Positions 52,361 through 63,156 of a DNA stretch of 64,000 bases are shown here, in pieces. Position 1 is the stretch's first letter. Each line of letters starts with the position of its first letter. The notes below the pieces were generated by a model. The model did no database searches. It was not told the origin of the DNA and was given only the letters and a program-made list of their open reading frames with translations. The stretch comes from Patescibacteria group bacterium (GTDB lineage Bacteria; Patescibacteriota; Patescibacteriia; JAQUQO01), in assembly GCA_028716045.1 (NCBI GenBank), contig JAQUQO010000001.1, positions 384,942 through 448,941 on the forward strand. Reading direction: 5' to 3'. The position numbers were made by a program, and so were the translations under genes.

Positions 52361-53560
52361 ATGAGAAAGTTAACTGGTTTTGAAAAGGAACGACGCCAAT
52401 GGTTAGTGAAAGAACTTCGTTATTTAGGGCTAACCACTCCGGAAATCGCCAAGGCCATCAATTTTAGCGAATCCCTGGTTCACGCCATTCTTAAAGAATG
52501 TAAAGTTAATAAAAATAAGCAAAAAAGAACCGAAACCTTCGGTTTGGCGTTTCGGCGTTATGCTGAACTAGAAACGACAGAACTGAAAACAAGGCAAGAG
52601 GAAGAACTTTGTTGTATTTTGAGAAAATGGCTGGGGATTGAGAGAAAACGCATTGTCGATTTTTTTGAAGGCGTTGTTGAAACTTTGCAAGAGCTTACCA
52701 TTCTTTTCTACCCGCCCGGATGTGAAGCGTACATCAATCTTCTCCGCGTGGTGTTCGGCGAAAAAATTTACCAAGGCATATTCTCTTCGGGAATTATGAA
52801 TGATGAAATGCTTCTTAAGTATTTGCAGGAAGAAATAGACGATGAAATTGCTAAACGGTGGGAAAAATATTTGAAAGAAGTCGCCGATGGCGCTATCCCG
52901 CCTCCCCATTCTCTCGCAGGAGCAAAAGCGCCCCTAATGAGAGAATATCTTGCTGAATATCGTTCTCAAATTATGCCCACCCTAACTGACACTTCTCTCA
53001 AATACATTGACGCCATTATCTCGAGCACTCTGACTGAACGCGAAGCGCGAATTATTCGCCTGCGGTTTGGCTTAAAAGATGGTGGCGTTCCTCACACCTT
53101 GAAAGAAATTGGACAAAAGCTTGGTGTTACTCTAGAGCGTATCCGCCAGATTGAGGGCAAAGCACTCCGAAAACTCCGCCATCCGTCAAAGGGGCTTAAA
53201 TATCTTGGACGACCGCTTCACAGCACTCTTGAAAAAGAGATTAAAGAAAAAACAAGGGAAATAGAAGCGGCGCTAAGGATCGCTGAAATGACAACCTTAT
53301 CAAAAAAATACCCCCTGTTACCAATGCTTCTAAGACCAACAGAGGAGATAAAGTTCTCAATCCGCGCCTCTAACTGTTTAAGAAATGCTGACATTAAATA
53401 TATCGGCGAACTTGTCCAAAAAACGGAAAAAGAATTGCTCAAGACCAGATACTTCGGGCGTAAATCACTCCGTGAGATAGAAGAAGTTCTAGCGGACATG
53501 GGGCTTTCTCTCGGTATGAATCTTGACGATGAACTGAAAGAAGCAATAAAACAACTCTGA
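52361..53560 (+). CDS. HTH plus sigma70 region 4 plus RNAP alpha-CTD fusion protein
   Basis: [46 protein letters not shown]; [40 protein letters not shown]. Confidence 0.85.
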   Translation: MRKLTGFEKERRQWLVKELRYLGLTTPEIAKAINFSESLVHAILKECKVNKNKQKRTETFGLAFRRYAELETTELKTRQEEELCCILRKWLGIERKRIVDFFEGVVETLQELTILFYPPGCEAYINLLRVVFGEKIYQGIFSSGIMNDEMLLKYLQEEIDDEIAKRWEKYLKEVADGAIPPPHSLAGAKAPLMREYLAEYRSQIMPTLTDTSLKYIDAIISSTLTEREARIIRLRFGLKDGGVPHTLKEIGQKLGVTLERIRQIEGKALRKLRHPSKGLKYLGRPLHSTLEKEIKEKTREIEAALRIAEMTTLSKKYPLLPMLLRPTEEIKFSIRASNCLRNADIKYIGELVQKTEKELLKTRYFGRKSLREIEEVLADMGLSLGMNLDDELKEAIKQL

Positions 53561-53629
53561 GACAGAAAAATGTAATTGCGCAACGAACACAAAAGACCCC
53601 GACAACGAAGGGGTCTTTTTTAATTTAAA

Positions 53630-54097
53630 TTAATAATGATAACTCCTGCCGGTGGAAATCATAACGGCGCGGTAGAGTTGTTCTAAAAGCACCACCCGCG
53701 CCAGTTCGTGCGGCAGAGTCATTTTGGAGAGCGACATTTTTTGGCCGACGCGAGTAAGAACGGCGCTATCAAACCCCAGTGCTCCGCCGATGACAAAAAT
53801 AAAATGCCGGTTTTTATTTTCCAAATATCCCGCGAATTCCACGGACGAAAATTCTTTCCCGCGTTCATCTAGAATAATAACTTCCTCCGCGGGAAATTTT
53901 TCTAAAAAATCCATAATCCTCTCTGCTTCTACTTTCTTTGATTTCTCTTTGTCCGAATCGCGTTTAAACGGCTCGGATTTTAATTCGCACACGTTAATTT
54001 TCGCGTAAGGTTTCAAACGCTTTAAATATTCCGAGATCGCATCGCTCCAATATTTTTCTTTAATTTTGCCGACAGCTAAAATTGTGATTCTAAACAT
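53630..54097 (-). CDS. rlmH: 23S rRNA m3Psi1915 methyltransferase
   Basis: ILAVGKIKE, LDERGK, FVIGGALG, SLSKMTLPHEL..LEQLYRA..YH. Confidence 0.96.
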   Translation of the reverse strand: MFRITILAVGKIKEKYWSDAISEYLKRLKPYAKINVCELKSEPFKRDSDKEKSKKVEAERIMDFLEKFPAEEVIILDERGKEFSSVEFAGYLENKNRHFIFVIGGALGFDSAVLTRVGQKMSLSKMTLPHELARVVLLEQLYRAVMISTGRSYHY

Positions 54098-54141
54098 AAA
54101 AACAAAAAGCCCCGAACTGACGCCGGAGCTTTTAAATTATA

Positions 54142-54705
54142 TTATTCTAAACTCTTGCTGTAATTAATGTTTATCTGGGTTAAGGAAGAAAACATCTCTT
54201 CGGTGTCAACACTGACCGAAACTGAAGCGCCGTCTTTTTCCGCGTCCACGGAATAAGAACTGCCTTCACTTGACTGGCTGGTTATTTTCCAGCCGTCGGC
54301 GAATAACTTTTGATAAAAACTCTTTGCCTTGGCAAATTCATCGGTTGTCTTAACGGTAACGTCAAAACTTAATTCGTAATCACTGGAATTATCGGAAACT
54401 CCGGTCACTTTGCTATCTGAAGTATAGGCCAACTCCTTGGGAAATTTTGCCGGCAAATCCAAGGACTCGGCTTTCTCAAATTCCAAAAGCTCGTACTTCT
54501 GACTTACTTTGGCTAAATTTTCCAGGGCCTTACCAGCGTCTTCCGTATCCCCTTCACCTAAGGCCTTACCTAAATCGCCCAACTCTTGCGTAGCTTTGTA
54601 CTGGTCTAAAATTGACGGCTCGCCGGTGGTTTTACCACAACCGCTAAATAATACGGCGCAAAGCGGCAGCAGGAGAACTAAACCTAAAACTTTTTTGTTT
54701 AGCAT
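54142..54705 (-). CDS. Putative lipoprotein
   Basis: Signal peptide ending FSGC; LPAKFPKEL, FYQK....GWKI. Confidence 0.72.
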   Translation of the reverse strand: MLNKKVLGLVLLLPLCAVLFSGCGKTTGEPSILDQYKATQELGDLGKALGEGDTEDAGKALENLAKVSQKYELLEFEKAESLDLPAKFPKELAYTSDSKVTGVSDNSSDYELSFDVTVKTTDEFAKAKSFYQKLFADGWKITSQSSEGSSYSVDAEKDGASVSVSVDTEEMFSSLTQININYSKSLE

Positions 54706-54757
54706 AACTTATTGAGTTAATAATATTAGTTAATTATAAAATTGCCCGGCCGAAACG

Positions 54758-55534
54758 TCAAATGAAAATTTTTATCCCCACCGGGCAATGGTCGGAGCCC
54801 TTAACTTCATTTAAAATAAAAGCGTCTGCTAATTTGTTTTTTAACTTTGCTGATGCCAAAAAATAATCAATGCGCCAGCCGATATTTCTCGGTCGGGCGT
54901 TGAATTTATAACTCCACCACGAATACTGGATTTTCTTCGGATAAAAATGGCGGAAGGTATCAATAAAACCGGCGGATAAAAAATCATCCATACCGCTCCG
55001 CTCTTCGTCAGTAAAGCCAGCATTACCCCTATTGGGCTCGGGATTTTTTAAATCAATTTCTCTGTGCGCCACATTGAAATCGCCGCAAATAACCACCGGC
55101 TTTTTCTTTTCCAATCTTCGAACGTACTGTAAAACCCCTTTGTTAAAATTAATTTTATAACCAAGTCGCGACAACTCGTGAGTGGCATTGGGAAAATAAA
55201 CGTTCAAAAAATAAAATTTTTCAAATTCCAAGGTCTGCACTCTACCCTCAACGTCAAACTCCCTAACGCCAATCTTCTCAAAATAGCCAACCGGCTTTAT
55301 TCCTTTTTTTAATAAAACCGCCGTGCCGCTGTATCCCGGACGGACCGCCGGATTCCAATACTCGTCATAATCCCGAAAGTCAAATTTTTCCTTGAGTCGG
55401 GCCTCGTTGGTTATTTTTATTTCCTGAATTCCTAAAATATCCGGCTGGTATTTATCTAAAAAATCAACAAAACCATTCCGCACCGCCGCGCGGATACCGT
55501 TGACGTTCCAAGACATTAGTAAGAGATTTCCCAT
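54758..55534 (-). CDS. xth: Exodeoxyribonuclease III
   Basis: SWNVNGIRA, QEIK, GDFNVAH, WRIDY, SDHCP. Confidence 0.96.
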   Translation of the reverse strand: MGNLLLMSWNVNGIRAAVRNGFVDFLDKYQPDILGIQEIKITNEARLKEKFDFRDYDEYWNPAVRPGYSGTAVLLKKGIKPVGYFEKIGVREFDVEGRVQTLEFEKFYFLNVYFPNATHELSRLGYKINFNKGVLQYVRRLEKKKPVVICGDFNVAHREIDLKNPEPNRGNAGFTDEERSGMDDFLSAGFIDTFRHFYPKKIQYSWWSYKFNARPRNIGWRIDYFLASAKLKNKLADAFILNEVKGSDHCPVGIKIFI

Positions 55535-55560
55535 ATTTATTCAGTATAACAAAAAATCGC

Positions 55561-56241
55561 CTAGGCGGCGATTTTATTAAATTTTTTTAATTCCTCCAAA
55601 CCGTGTTCAAAAAACCTCACGGCTCTGGCGGGATTTTTGCTTTCCTTGCCCCTTACCAAATCTTTCTTAGCACAAGACAAAATTTCCGGGGATAAACGTT
55701 TGGCCAGCGAACCTATTTTTCCGGCTAATTCCTTCTCCAGTAATTCGCGGCGTTCCTGCCATACTTCGTATTCTCTCTTTTGTCTTTCCGTCGCTTCCAC
55801 GGCGGCATCCAGCTTCCGCGAGTTTTCTTCCGCCCGCCGCTTCGCTTCCTCTTTTGCTCGTTTCTCTTTCGCTTCAACTTCTCTTTTGAAACGCTCTTCT
55901 TCCATCTCGTGATGGCTTATCTCCTCCTGCGCCGCTTTTATTATTTCCCCATCGCGTTCACTACTTTTCAAAAGTGCGGCATAAGTTATACGAGGGTTCC
56001 AAAACGCCTTAAAAATATTGGGCTTAAATTCCGGGCGAAGCAACCTTTGCGTCTTCCATACCCATAATATAACGTAATAATAAGCAACAAACGCCCATAA
56101 AAAATGGCCCAGCAAAACTCCTAGAAAAAGATAAGGGTCCTGTCCAGCGTATAAACCGACCAAAAATACGAGTACTCCAAGTATGATAATAGCAATGGAA
56201 ATACCCCTGTTTCTCTTTGCCCAGCTAAGTCTTTTTTCCAT
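55561..56241 (-). CDS. Hypothetical protein, 2 TMs plus coiled coil
   Basis: AAGGAGG SD; TTGACA-17-TAGTAT promoter (56315-56287). Confidence 0.7.
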   Translation of the reverse strand: MEKRLSWAKRNRGISIAIIILGVLVFLVGLYAGQDPYLFLGVLLGHFLWAFVAYYYVILWVWKTQRLLRPEFKPNIFKAFWNPRITYAALLKSSERDGEIIKAAQEEISHHEMEEERFKREVEAKEKRAKEEAKRRAEENSRKLDAAVEATERQKREYEVWQERRELLEKELAGKIGSLAKRLSPEILSCAKKDLVRGKESKNPARAVRFFEHGLEELKKFNKIAA

Positions 56242-56315
56242 TTTGTTCCTCCTTGATTTTTTGATTTTGAAAAGAGCTTACTAAATATACTATAAAAAAT
56301 CTGCCAATCTGTCAA

Positions 56316-56369
56316 GACCCGTCAGTCGCGACTGACGGGTCAAGACACGTCGATTGCGACCGACATGTC
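56316..56369. repeat. Family C palindrome plus a degenerate tandem copy, abutting a -35 box
   Basis: GACCCGTCAGTCGCGACTGACGGGTC (56316-56341) then GACACGTCGATTGCGACCGACATGTC. Confidence 0.85.
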
Positions 56370-56384
56370 AAGCGTCCATAAAAA

Positions 56385-56924
56385 TTACGCCGACCGTAGC
56401 GAATACCGGCAGCCGCAATAGTTTTGGCGGTAGATTTTTCTTTCGGCAATCATTTTTTGCGCCCTTTCCTGCCGCCCGACGGTTTTCCAGTCAGCTTCAT
56501 AAAATTTAATGCCATATCTCTCACCCAACTCCAAACCGATGGGATTTATCACCTCGGCTTTTTTGTTGTGGCCGCTGGTCAAACTTGTCCCAAAATAATC
56601 AAAACTATTATCTTTGCCGTAACGCGCCGCTCTCTCCAAACGCAGGTTAAAACAGGCCGCACACCGCGCTCCGCCCTCGGGCTCATTTTCCAAACCACGA
56701 ATCGCCTCCTCCCAATCCGCCGGCTCGTAATCCATGTCAATCATTGGAATCCCCCACTCGCGGCAAACGCGCACTACCTCCGCTTTACGTTTTAGATATT
56801 CCTCTTCCGGAAAAATATTAGGATTATAGAAAAAAACAGTTAGGTCAAACCGTTCTTTCAGCTCTTCAATAATAACAATACTGCAAGGCGCGCAACAAGT
56901 ATGGAGTAAAAACTTTTGAAACAT
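56385..56924 (-). CDS. queH: Epoxyqueuosine reductase QueH
   Basis: LLHTCCAPCS, FYNPNI, EPEGGARC..C, YRQNYCGC; start uncertain. Confidence 0.92.
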   Translation of the reverse strand: MFQKFLLHTCCAPCSIVIIEELKERFDLTVFFYNPNIFPEEEYLKRKAEVVRVCREWGIPMIDMDYEPADWEEAIRGLENEPEGGARCAACFNLRLERAARYGKDNSFDYFGTSLTSGHNKKAEVINPIGLELGERYGIKFYEADWKTVGRQERAQKMIAERKIYRQNYCGCRYSLRSA

Positions 56925-56978
56925 AATCATTCCTCTAAAATAATAAAAAATGGGCGCGATGATTTTCGACAAAATCGA

Positions 56979-58769
56979 CTACTCTTTATGTCTGGCAAAT
57001 CTCACTCTGTCTATATCAGTCAAAAGTTTTTTGCGCAGACGGACGCTCTTGGGGGTAATTTCCAGATACTCATCCTCGGCCATTACCTCCATACCGCGCT
57101 CCAAGGTCAGGGGCAAAGGCGGAGTAAGTTGAATGGCAATGTCCGCGTTAGAGGAACGCATATTGGTCAAATGTTTACCCTTGATTGGATTAACCGTCAA
57201 TTCCTGCCCCTTGGCGGTATTGCCGATAACCTGTCCTTCATATACTTCCACATTCGGGGCTACATAAAGCACACCCCTTTCCTGAAGATTGGAAAGAGAG
57301 TAAGCCAGCACCTTGCCCGTTTCGCCGGAAATCATGGAACCGACATCTCTCTTTTCAATTTCTCCGACATAAGGGTAAAAACCAATAAATTCACTGCACA
57401 AAATTCCCTCCCCGCGAGTGTCCACTATAAATTCGTTGCGATAGCCGAGCAAGCCGCGAGTGGGTATTTTATAAATTAGCCGCGCGTGATTTTGTTCGGG
57501 GCGCATTTCTATCATCTGGCCTTTTCTTTTGGACATCTTTTCTATAACCGGACCGGCAACATTTTGATTAATATCAATGGTGACTTGCTCAAACGGCTCA
57601 TGCCGCACGCCGTCAATCTCTTTGATAATCACTTGCGGTTGGGAAACCTGCAATTCAAATCCTTCGCGGCGCATATTTTCCAGCAAGATGGCGATATGCA
57701 ATTCTCCACGGCCATAAACTTTGTAATATTCCACCGGAGAAAAATCTATTTTTAAACCAACATTCACTTCCAGCTCTTTTTTTAAACGCTCCTTAAGTCG
57801 GCGGCTGGTCACATATTTTCCTTCCAGACCGGCGAAAGGAGAATTGTTCACTAAAAAATTCAAGGAAATAGTCGGCTCGTCAATTTTAATCGCCGGCAAT
57901 AATTCCTGGTCAGCTTGCGAGCAAACCGTATCCCCGATGTAAATATCCGGCAAGCCGGCCATCATCACAATGTCCCCGGCTAAAACTTCCGGCATTTCTT
58001 TTCTTGTAATGCCTTCAAAAGTAAATAATTTAGTAATGGCTCCGGGAATAATCTCGCCGCTATGTTTTTTTATGAATACTTTGTCGCCGACACCAATCCG
58101 CCCGTCATAAACTCGGCCGATGCCCAAACGCCCCAAATAATTATCATAAGCCAAATTAAACGGCTGAAAAGCAAACGGCAAAGTTATATCTGTCTTCACC
58201 GGAGGGACTTTGGCGAGAATCGTGTCTAAAAGCGGCACCAAATTTTCGGACTCGTCCTGCAACTTCATTTTAGCGATGCCTTGCTTGGCAATCGTGTACA
58301 CTGTGGTGAAATTAAGCTGTTCGTCATTGGCACCTAAATCCATAAAAAGCTCTAAAACTTTTTCCTGCGCCCACTCCGGCCGAGCCGCCGGTTTGTCAAT
58401 TTTATTTAAAACCACAATGGGCTTAAGGCCTAGTTCCAATGATTTTCTCAAAACAAACTTGGTTTGCGGCATCGGACCCTCCTGGGCGTCAACCACCAGC
58501 AATACCGAATCAATGGAACGTAAAACCCGCTCCACCTCCGAACCAAAATCAGCATGGCCCGGTGTGTCCACGATATTAATCTTTGTTCCCTTATAAAATA
58601 CGGACGTATTTTTGGAATAGATGGTAATCCCGCGCTCCATCTCCAAAGCGTTGGAATCCATGCTGATACTATCATCGCTAACCATGCCGGTTTGGCGCAT
58701 CAAAGCATCGGTCAATTTGGTTTTGCCGTGGTCAACATGGGCGATAATTGCGATATTTCTTATTTCCAT
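56979..58769 (-). CDS. typA: Translational GTPase TypA/BipA
   Basis: [50 protein letters not shown]. Confidence 0.97.
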   Translation of the reverse strand: MEIRNIAIIAHVDHGKTKLTDALMRQTGMVSDDSISMDSNALEMERGITIYSKNTSVFYKGTKINIVDTPGHADFGSEVERVLRSIDSVLLVVDAQEGPMPQTKFVLRKSLELGLKPIVVLNKIDKPAARPEWAQEKVLELFMDLGANDEQLNFTTVYTIAKQGIAKMKLQDESENLVPLLDTILAKVPPVKTDITLPFAFQPFNLAYDNYLGRLGIGRVYDGRIGVGDKVFIKKHSGEIIPGAITKLFTFEGITRKEMPEVLAGDIVMMAGLPDIYIGDTVCSQADQELLPAIKIDEPTISLNFLVNNSPFAGLEGKYVTSRRLKERLKKELEVNVGLKIDFSPVEYYKVYGRGELHIAILLENMRREGFELQVSQPQVIIKEIDGVRHEPFEQVTIDINQNVAGPVIEKMSKRKGQMIEMRPEQNHARLIYKIPTRGLLGYRNEFIVDTRGEGILCSEFIGFYPYVGEIEKRDVGSMISGETGKVLAYSLSNLQERGVLYVAPNVEVYEGQVIGNTAKGQELTVNPIKGKHLTNMRSSNADIAIQLTPPLPLTLERGMEVMAEDEYLEITPKSVRLRKKLLTDIDRVRFARHKE

Positions 58770-59004
58770 AAAATGTCTAAAGGAGGTTAAACTATAAGTA
58801 TATATTAAAATGGAAAAAATATCAAGACTATTTTAAAACCACCCGAGGGCGGCTTTAAATACTTCCTCAATATCACGTTTTTAAATCTGACCGATAATCA
58901 TGTTAGGATATTTGCGACTAGACAGCGTTCTAACATACAATTTGGCTACGAGAATTAAAGGTGTTAGCATTTTAGGTTGTTTGTTTTATCATTTATCAAT
59001 CGTA

Positions 59005-59673
59005 TCATAATTTCACACCAAGCTTTGATATCTTCATATCGTGTGGAATAAAAATCTGCCGATTAGTTCTTAAATTCTCAGCTACGGCCTTTCTTAATGA
59101 ATATTGCAAGATCACATCGCCACTTCCTGAATGATGACCCAAAGCTCTAGTTGTAGAATCAAGACCGTTTCTTTCTTCTTTAATATTCACTGGCTTTATC
59201 GGCACTTTCTGTCCTCGAAATTTAGCAACAATTAGTCGTCCTGACACAATCGAAAAATTAAATGAAATCAGGCCAAAATAATCATTTGCATTAAGAACGA
59301 CATCAAGCGGGGTTATTTGCTTCTGATATTTTGGCAATTCATTAAAGTTTTTAATTAAATCTTTTAGTATCTCCTGAAAACCAATCTCTGATATTTTTTG
59401 TCTCTCCCCGCATTTTTGAACAATGATATATTTTTCGCCATCATTATTTTTGTGTTTTATACTCACACGGCCACTAGCATGCCACGATACGTGATCTATC
59501 TCCTTTTTAACTTCATCGTTCTGGCTATCTATAAACTTAGTAGATGGTATGTATAAAATATCTCCCGTATATGTTCTAATAATAATCGTCCCGACGTTAA
59601 AATAATCCTCCCTAGATTTAATAATAACCTTATAGTCAACTGATTTTTTAATTTTCCCGGCAATTTCTTCCAT
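59005..59673 (-). CDS. Hypothetical protein (low GC)
   Basis: 222-aa ORF with a DHVSWHASG motif; no family recognised. Confidence 0.65.
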   Translation of the reverse strand: MEEIAGKIKKSVDYKVIIKSREDYFNVGTIIIRTYTGDILYIPSTKFIDSQNDEVKKEIDHVSWHASGRVSIKHKNNDGEKYIIVQKCGERQKISEIGFQEILKDLIKNFNELPKYQKQITPLDVVLNANDYFGLISFNFSIVSGRLIVAKFRGQKVPIKPVNIKEERNGLDSTTRALGHHSGSGDVILQYSLRKAVAENLRTNRQIFIPHDMKISKLGVKL

Positions 59674-59774
59674 AGTTATGAGAGAAAAAACTTTTCTTTT
59701 TTATAAACTCTTGTCAGCTTTTCTCTCTATCTTCTGTCAACTTCTATCAATTTTGCTGCGGATAATAGACGATG

Positions 59775-60227
59775 TTAAAACCTGCCTAGCGCTTCTTTCG
59801 CATAAAACTTAACAGCGGGACTAATATCAAATTCGGATTTCTCCAAATCTTCTTTGCTAAACCATCTTATATCTTTGTGCTCCACTTCATTAAATATAAA
59901 TTTATCTGATTTAGCTTTCGCAAAATATACAAGCCCTACGTGTTGATGGGTTTCTGAAATTTTATGAATATCTAAAAATGACGGAGTATATAAAAATTTA
60001 GTCCCCTTGGATTCAATGGTTGGTTTTTCGCTTAAAACTTCTATTTCTAATCCGCATTCTTCTTTCGTCTCTCTAAATAGGGCTTCTTCCAGATCTTCGT
60101 TCAATTCAATGTGCCCACCTATAGGCAACCACCTATTAAGCTGCCTATGATATATTAAAAGCACCTTATCTTCATGAACAATAAATATACTTACTATAAA
60201 ATCTATGAGATCGTGAATGTGTGACAT
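59775..60227 (-). CDS. NUDIX hydrolase
   Basis: GGHIELNEDLEEALFRETKEECGL Nudix box. Confidence 0.92.
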   Translation of the reverse strand: MSHIHDLIDFIVSIFIVHEDKVLLIYHRQLNRWLPIGGHIELNEDLEEALFRETKEECGLEIEVLSEKPTIESKGTKFLYTPSFLDIHKISETHQHVGLVYFAKAKSDKFIFNEVEHKDIRWFSKEDLEKSEFDISPAVKFYAKEALGRF

Positions 60228-60439
60228 GTTTGTATTTTATTTTAATAACAATCTTCCAACTCTTTAGGTTCGCAAATTCTTTCCAACTTTTTCGTTTATC
60301 CCCTACTTAATCCCATCAACTTTACTCCGAACGCTGAACAAAATCCGGAAAGGGGCATAATATTTAGCATAAATTAAATCTCCCCGTATCGTGAACAATA
60401 TTAAAATCTGAATCTGCCCAAGCCAATTTAGTTGTTGAT

Positions 60440-62443
60440 CTAATTACCCTGATTAGGTTGTGGCGGTTGTTGGGGCTGATTAGGTGGCGCGGGCGGGCTG
60501 GGCTGTGTGGGTTGAGTTGGCGGCGTGGGCTGGGCGGGCGGAGTTGGTTGGGTCGGTAATGTTGGCTGGCTGGGCGGAGTCGGCTTAGCGGGTTTAGCGG
60601 GCTGCTCTGACTCTCCGGACTGCGTCGGTTTAGCGGGCTTACTAGGTTTAGTGGGCTGTTCGGGCGGAGTCGGTGGCGTTGGTTGACCGGATTCTGTGGA
60701 TGGAACGGGTTGAGTGGTCTGTTCCGGTTTGACGGGCTTGGCCGCCTTTTGACAGTTCATTACACAAACATCCTTGTTAGTCGTACAGGCGGAGCTTTTC
60801 GCGGTAACTAGAGCGTGACAAGCGGTCTCTGCTGAATCGCATACCCTGGCAATACACGCACGCATCACTTCTGCTGTCGAACGGTTACCTTCAGCGTCTT
60901 TGGTCTCACATGTTACTTCTCTGCAATACTGTCCTTGTGAACGGCAAGCCTCGGTCTCCACACTTAGTGCAGAGATACAATCTCTTCCAGTTAATTCACA
61001 ATCTTCAATACACTTCACCGGATTGGGATTAGTATTCTGACCTTGTCCTCCTCCTTGACCAGAACCCGGATTAAAACCCTCGCCTTGATTGGGACCGCTA
61101 TTACTCGGACCACCATCTTGGCCCCCGCCGCCTTGTCCCTGCTCTCGATCACCTTGACTACCTTGATTTTGTCCATCTTGACCCTCTGGACGAGCCGGAG
61201 GAATTGGGGTAAATGATTCAAAACAAGTTTTCATTTGTGTGCCGATGGTTGGGTTGGGCATCACGCTTCCGCTTTTTAATTTTTCAATGGTATCTGCGCC
61301 TAAAGAGGAAGTCAGACAAACCGAAATTTCCGCCGGCATATTATTAAGAGATTCTTGTATTTTTTGTTGGCCTTCCTGCATGGTCTTCTGGTCTTCCTCG
61401 GAAATCATGCCATTGTCTTTGGCAAAATTGAAACAAACTTCGGAATTGGCCGCGGCGTTGCAAAAGGCGTCGCATTCTTCCTTAGTTTTACATCCGCCGG
61501 GACCTTCACCGCCGGTTTTCATGGCCGCTTGCGCTTCATCGGTAGTCATTGCTCCCGTGGCCTCGGCAAATTTAACGCATTCTTCAAAATGGGCCTCTTG
61601 AGAACAATAATCCTGGCATCCCTCTTCGCCGCAGCCGGGGAGCTCGACTCCTTCTTCCATGGCATTAAGCATTTTTTGCAATTGTCTCATCTTTGGAGGA
61701 GATAGGATTCCCGCTGTTGTAGCAAAACTTCCGCATTCGGCCGCGTGTTCCGAACCTTCGCGACAATAAACTTCACATTCAGTACCATGACACGGAGGCA
61801 CGGCGCCATTTTTTATGGCGGTTAAAACTTTTCGCGCGTTTTCCTGCTCCGCGGCCGGCAAAATTCCGGCTTCGGTGCCGAAGTTTATGCACGCTTCCAT
61901 GCCTTTGGCGGACGCGCAATAATTTTCACAATCTTTCCGGCCGGTGCAGCTTAAGGGCTTAACGCCGCTTTTAACGGCGGTGACAATCTTCTTAGCTTCT
62001 TGTAAATCTTCTTCGGGCAGTAACTCGTTTTTCTCCGCGAAAGCAACGCAGGTTTCCAGATTGTCTTTGTTATCGCAATAATCCTCGCAAGCGTCCGTTC
62101 CCTGGCATTCGCCGGGGCCGGTCATGCCGACGGCCTGGAACTTTTTGGCCGCGGATACCTCTTCCGCCTTCATTAAGCCGTGGTCTTCGCCGAAGGCGAG
62201 ACAGACATCGGTATTCTTCGTCTCATTGCAAAAAACTTTGCAATCTTCCCTGTCTTTGCAATTTCCCAATTCCTTGACGGGATACTGAACGCTTTCCACG
62301 GCGGTTTGATTTTGAGCTTGAGGTGTCTCTGTTTTAACCTCTTCTTGCGCCATTGCGAATGAGCCGATGACAAAAACGGAGATGATCGCAAACGAAACTA
62401 CGATTAAAACTCTAAAAATATTTTTGTTCATATTTTTATTCAA
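60440..62443 (-). CDS. Secreted Cys-rich repeat protein with Gly/Gln linker and Pro/Gln/Thr tail
   Basis: Signal peptide; six C...C..(Y/F)C....C..F...G repeats; (PTQP)n tail. Confidence 0.8.
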   Translation of the reverse strand: MNKNMNKNIFRVLIVVSFAIISVFVIGSFAMAQEEVKTETPQAQNQTAVESVQYPVKELGNCKDREDCKVFCNETKNTDVCLAFGEDHGLMKAEEVSAAKKFQAVGMTGPGECQGTDACEDYCDNKDNLETCVAFAEKNELLPEEDLQEAKKIVTAVKSGVKPLSCTGRKDCENYCASAKGMEACINFGTEAGILPAAEQENARKVLTAIKNGAVPPCHGTECEVYCREGSEHAAECGSFATTAGILSPPKMRQLQKMLNAMEEGVELPGCGEEGCQDYCSQEAHFEECVKFAEATGAMTTDEAQAAMKTGGEGPGGCKTKEECDAFCNAAANSEVCFNFAKDNGMISEEDQKTMQEGQQKIQESLNNMPAEISVCLTSSLGADTIEKLKSGSVMPNPTIGTQMKTCFESFTPIPPARPEGQDGQNQGSQGDREQGQGGGGQDGGPSNSGPNQGEGFNPGSGQGGGQGQNTNPNPVKCIEDCELTGRDCISALSVETEACRSQGQYCREVTCETKDAEGNRSTAEVMRACIARVCDSAETACHALVTAKSSACTTNKDVCVMNCQKAAKPVKPEQTTQPVPSTESGQPTPPTPPEQPTKPSKPAKPTQSGESEQPAKPAKPTPPSQPTLPTQPTPPAQPTPPTQPTQPSPPAPPNQPQQPPQPNQGN

Positions 62444-62723
62444 AAGGATTAGTTTTTATATTTGAAAAAGGATTGGTATTTTTATACGGATTGGCGTCGG
62501 GAACATCTTCCAACGGATTAATTACTACGGCGTCCATGTCCGGCAAAACGCCCTTGGCCACGCCTTGGTTGATGGATTCGACCGCTTCTTGAATATCCGT
62601 AACCGCTTGTTCGGCTTGTTTGGTAACGGAAGGTTTGTGAAATTTAATCCACAAAAAACAACCTCCTCCGGCCAAGCCCAGGATTAACATCGCCAAAACG
62701 ACGATTAATAATTTTTTGTTCAT
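62436..62723 (-). CDS. Small membrane-anchored hypothetical protein
   Basis: N-terminal TM; C-terminal NPL/NPY/NPF repeats; overlaps the next start codon. Confidence 0.7.
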   Translation of the reverse strand: MNKKLLIVVLAMLILGLAGGGCFLWIKFHKPSVTKQAEQAVTDIQEAVESINQGVAKGVLPDMDAVVINPLEDVPDANPYKNTNPFSNIKTNPFE

Positions 62724-62869
62724 ATGGTTTTTTATTTATATGGTCCTTTTATAATTAAATTTATTTAAAAATAAAACATAAACTATTGCTAAAAATGATC
62801 AAGTCACTCCGTAGCTATACTACGCTATTTCATAGCTACGTAGTAGCGACGGATAACCTTAGTGAAGGA

Positions 62870-62902
62870 TGGCTCCCCCGCCACAACTTTTTTCGAACCC
62901 AG
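62870..62902 (-). pseudogene. Degenerate tRNA 3'-end-like (att-like) remnant
   Basis: Minus strand CTGGGTTCGAA...GGGGGAGCCA resembles tRNA-Gln TGGTTCGAAT...GGAG-CCA. Confidence 0.45.
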
Positions 62903-62986
62903 TGTTTAAACCGTTTTCTTGCAACATCGAGAATAACGAGTCGATTTTAGGGTTATATAATACCTGTTCGAACTCGTACGTTCCAG

Positions 62987-63060
62987 CTCCGGGACTTGGA
63001 TTCGAACCAAGATAAGCAGCTTCCTCGCCAAAGGCGAGTGCGCCTCGGGCGCAAAAGGCT
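62987..63060 (-). pseudogene. tRNA-Gln(TTG) 3' half with a 30-nt double hairpin in the anticodon
   Basis: AGCCTTT[TGCGCCCGAGGCGCA CTCGCCTTTGGCGAG]GAAGCTGCTTATCTTGGTTCGAATCCAAGTCCCGGAG. Confidence 0.88.
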
Positions 63061-63072
63061 TTGTCAGCACAG

Positions 63073-63143
63073 CTCCGGGACTTGGATTCGAACCAAGATA
63101 AGCAGCTTCAAAGGCTGCTGTCCTACCATTAGACGATCCCGGA
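63073..63143 (-). tRNA. tRNA-Gln (TTG)
   Basis: Cloverleaf, anticodon loop CTTTGAA; acceptor stem extended by a 13-bp perfect inverted repeat; no encoded CCA. Confidence 0.94.
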
Positions 63144-63156
63144 GCTGTGCTGACAA

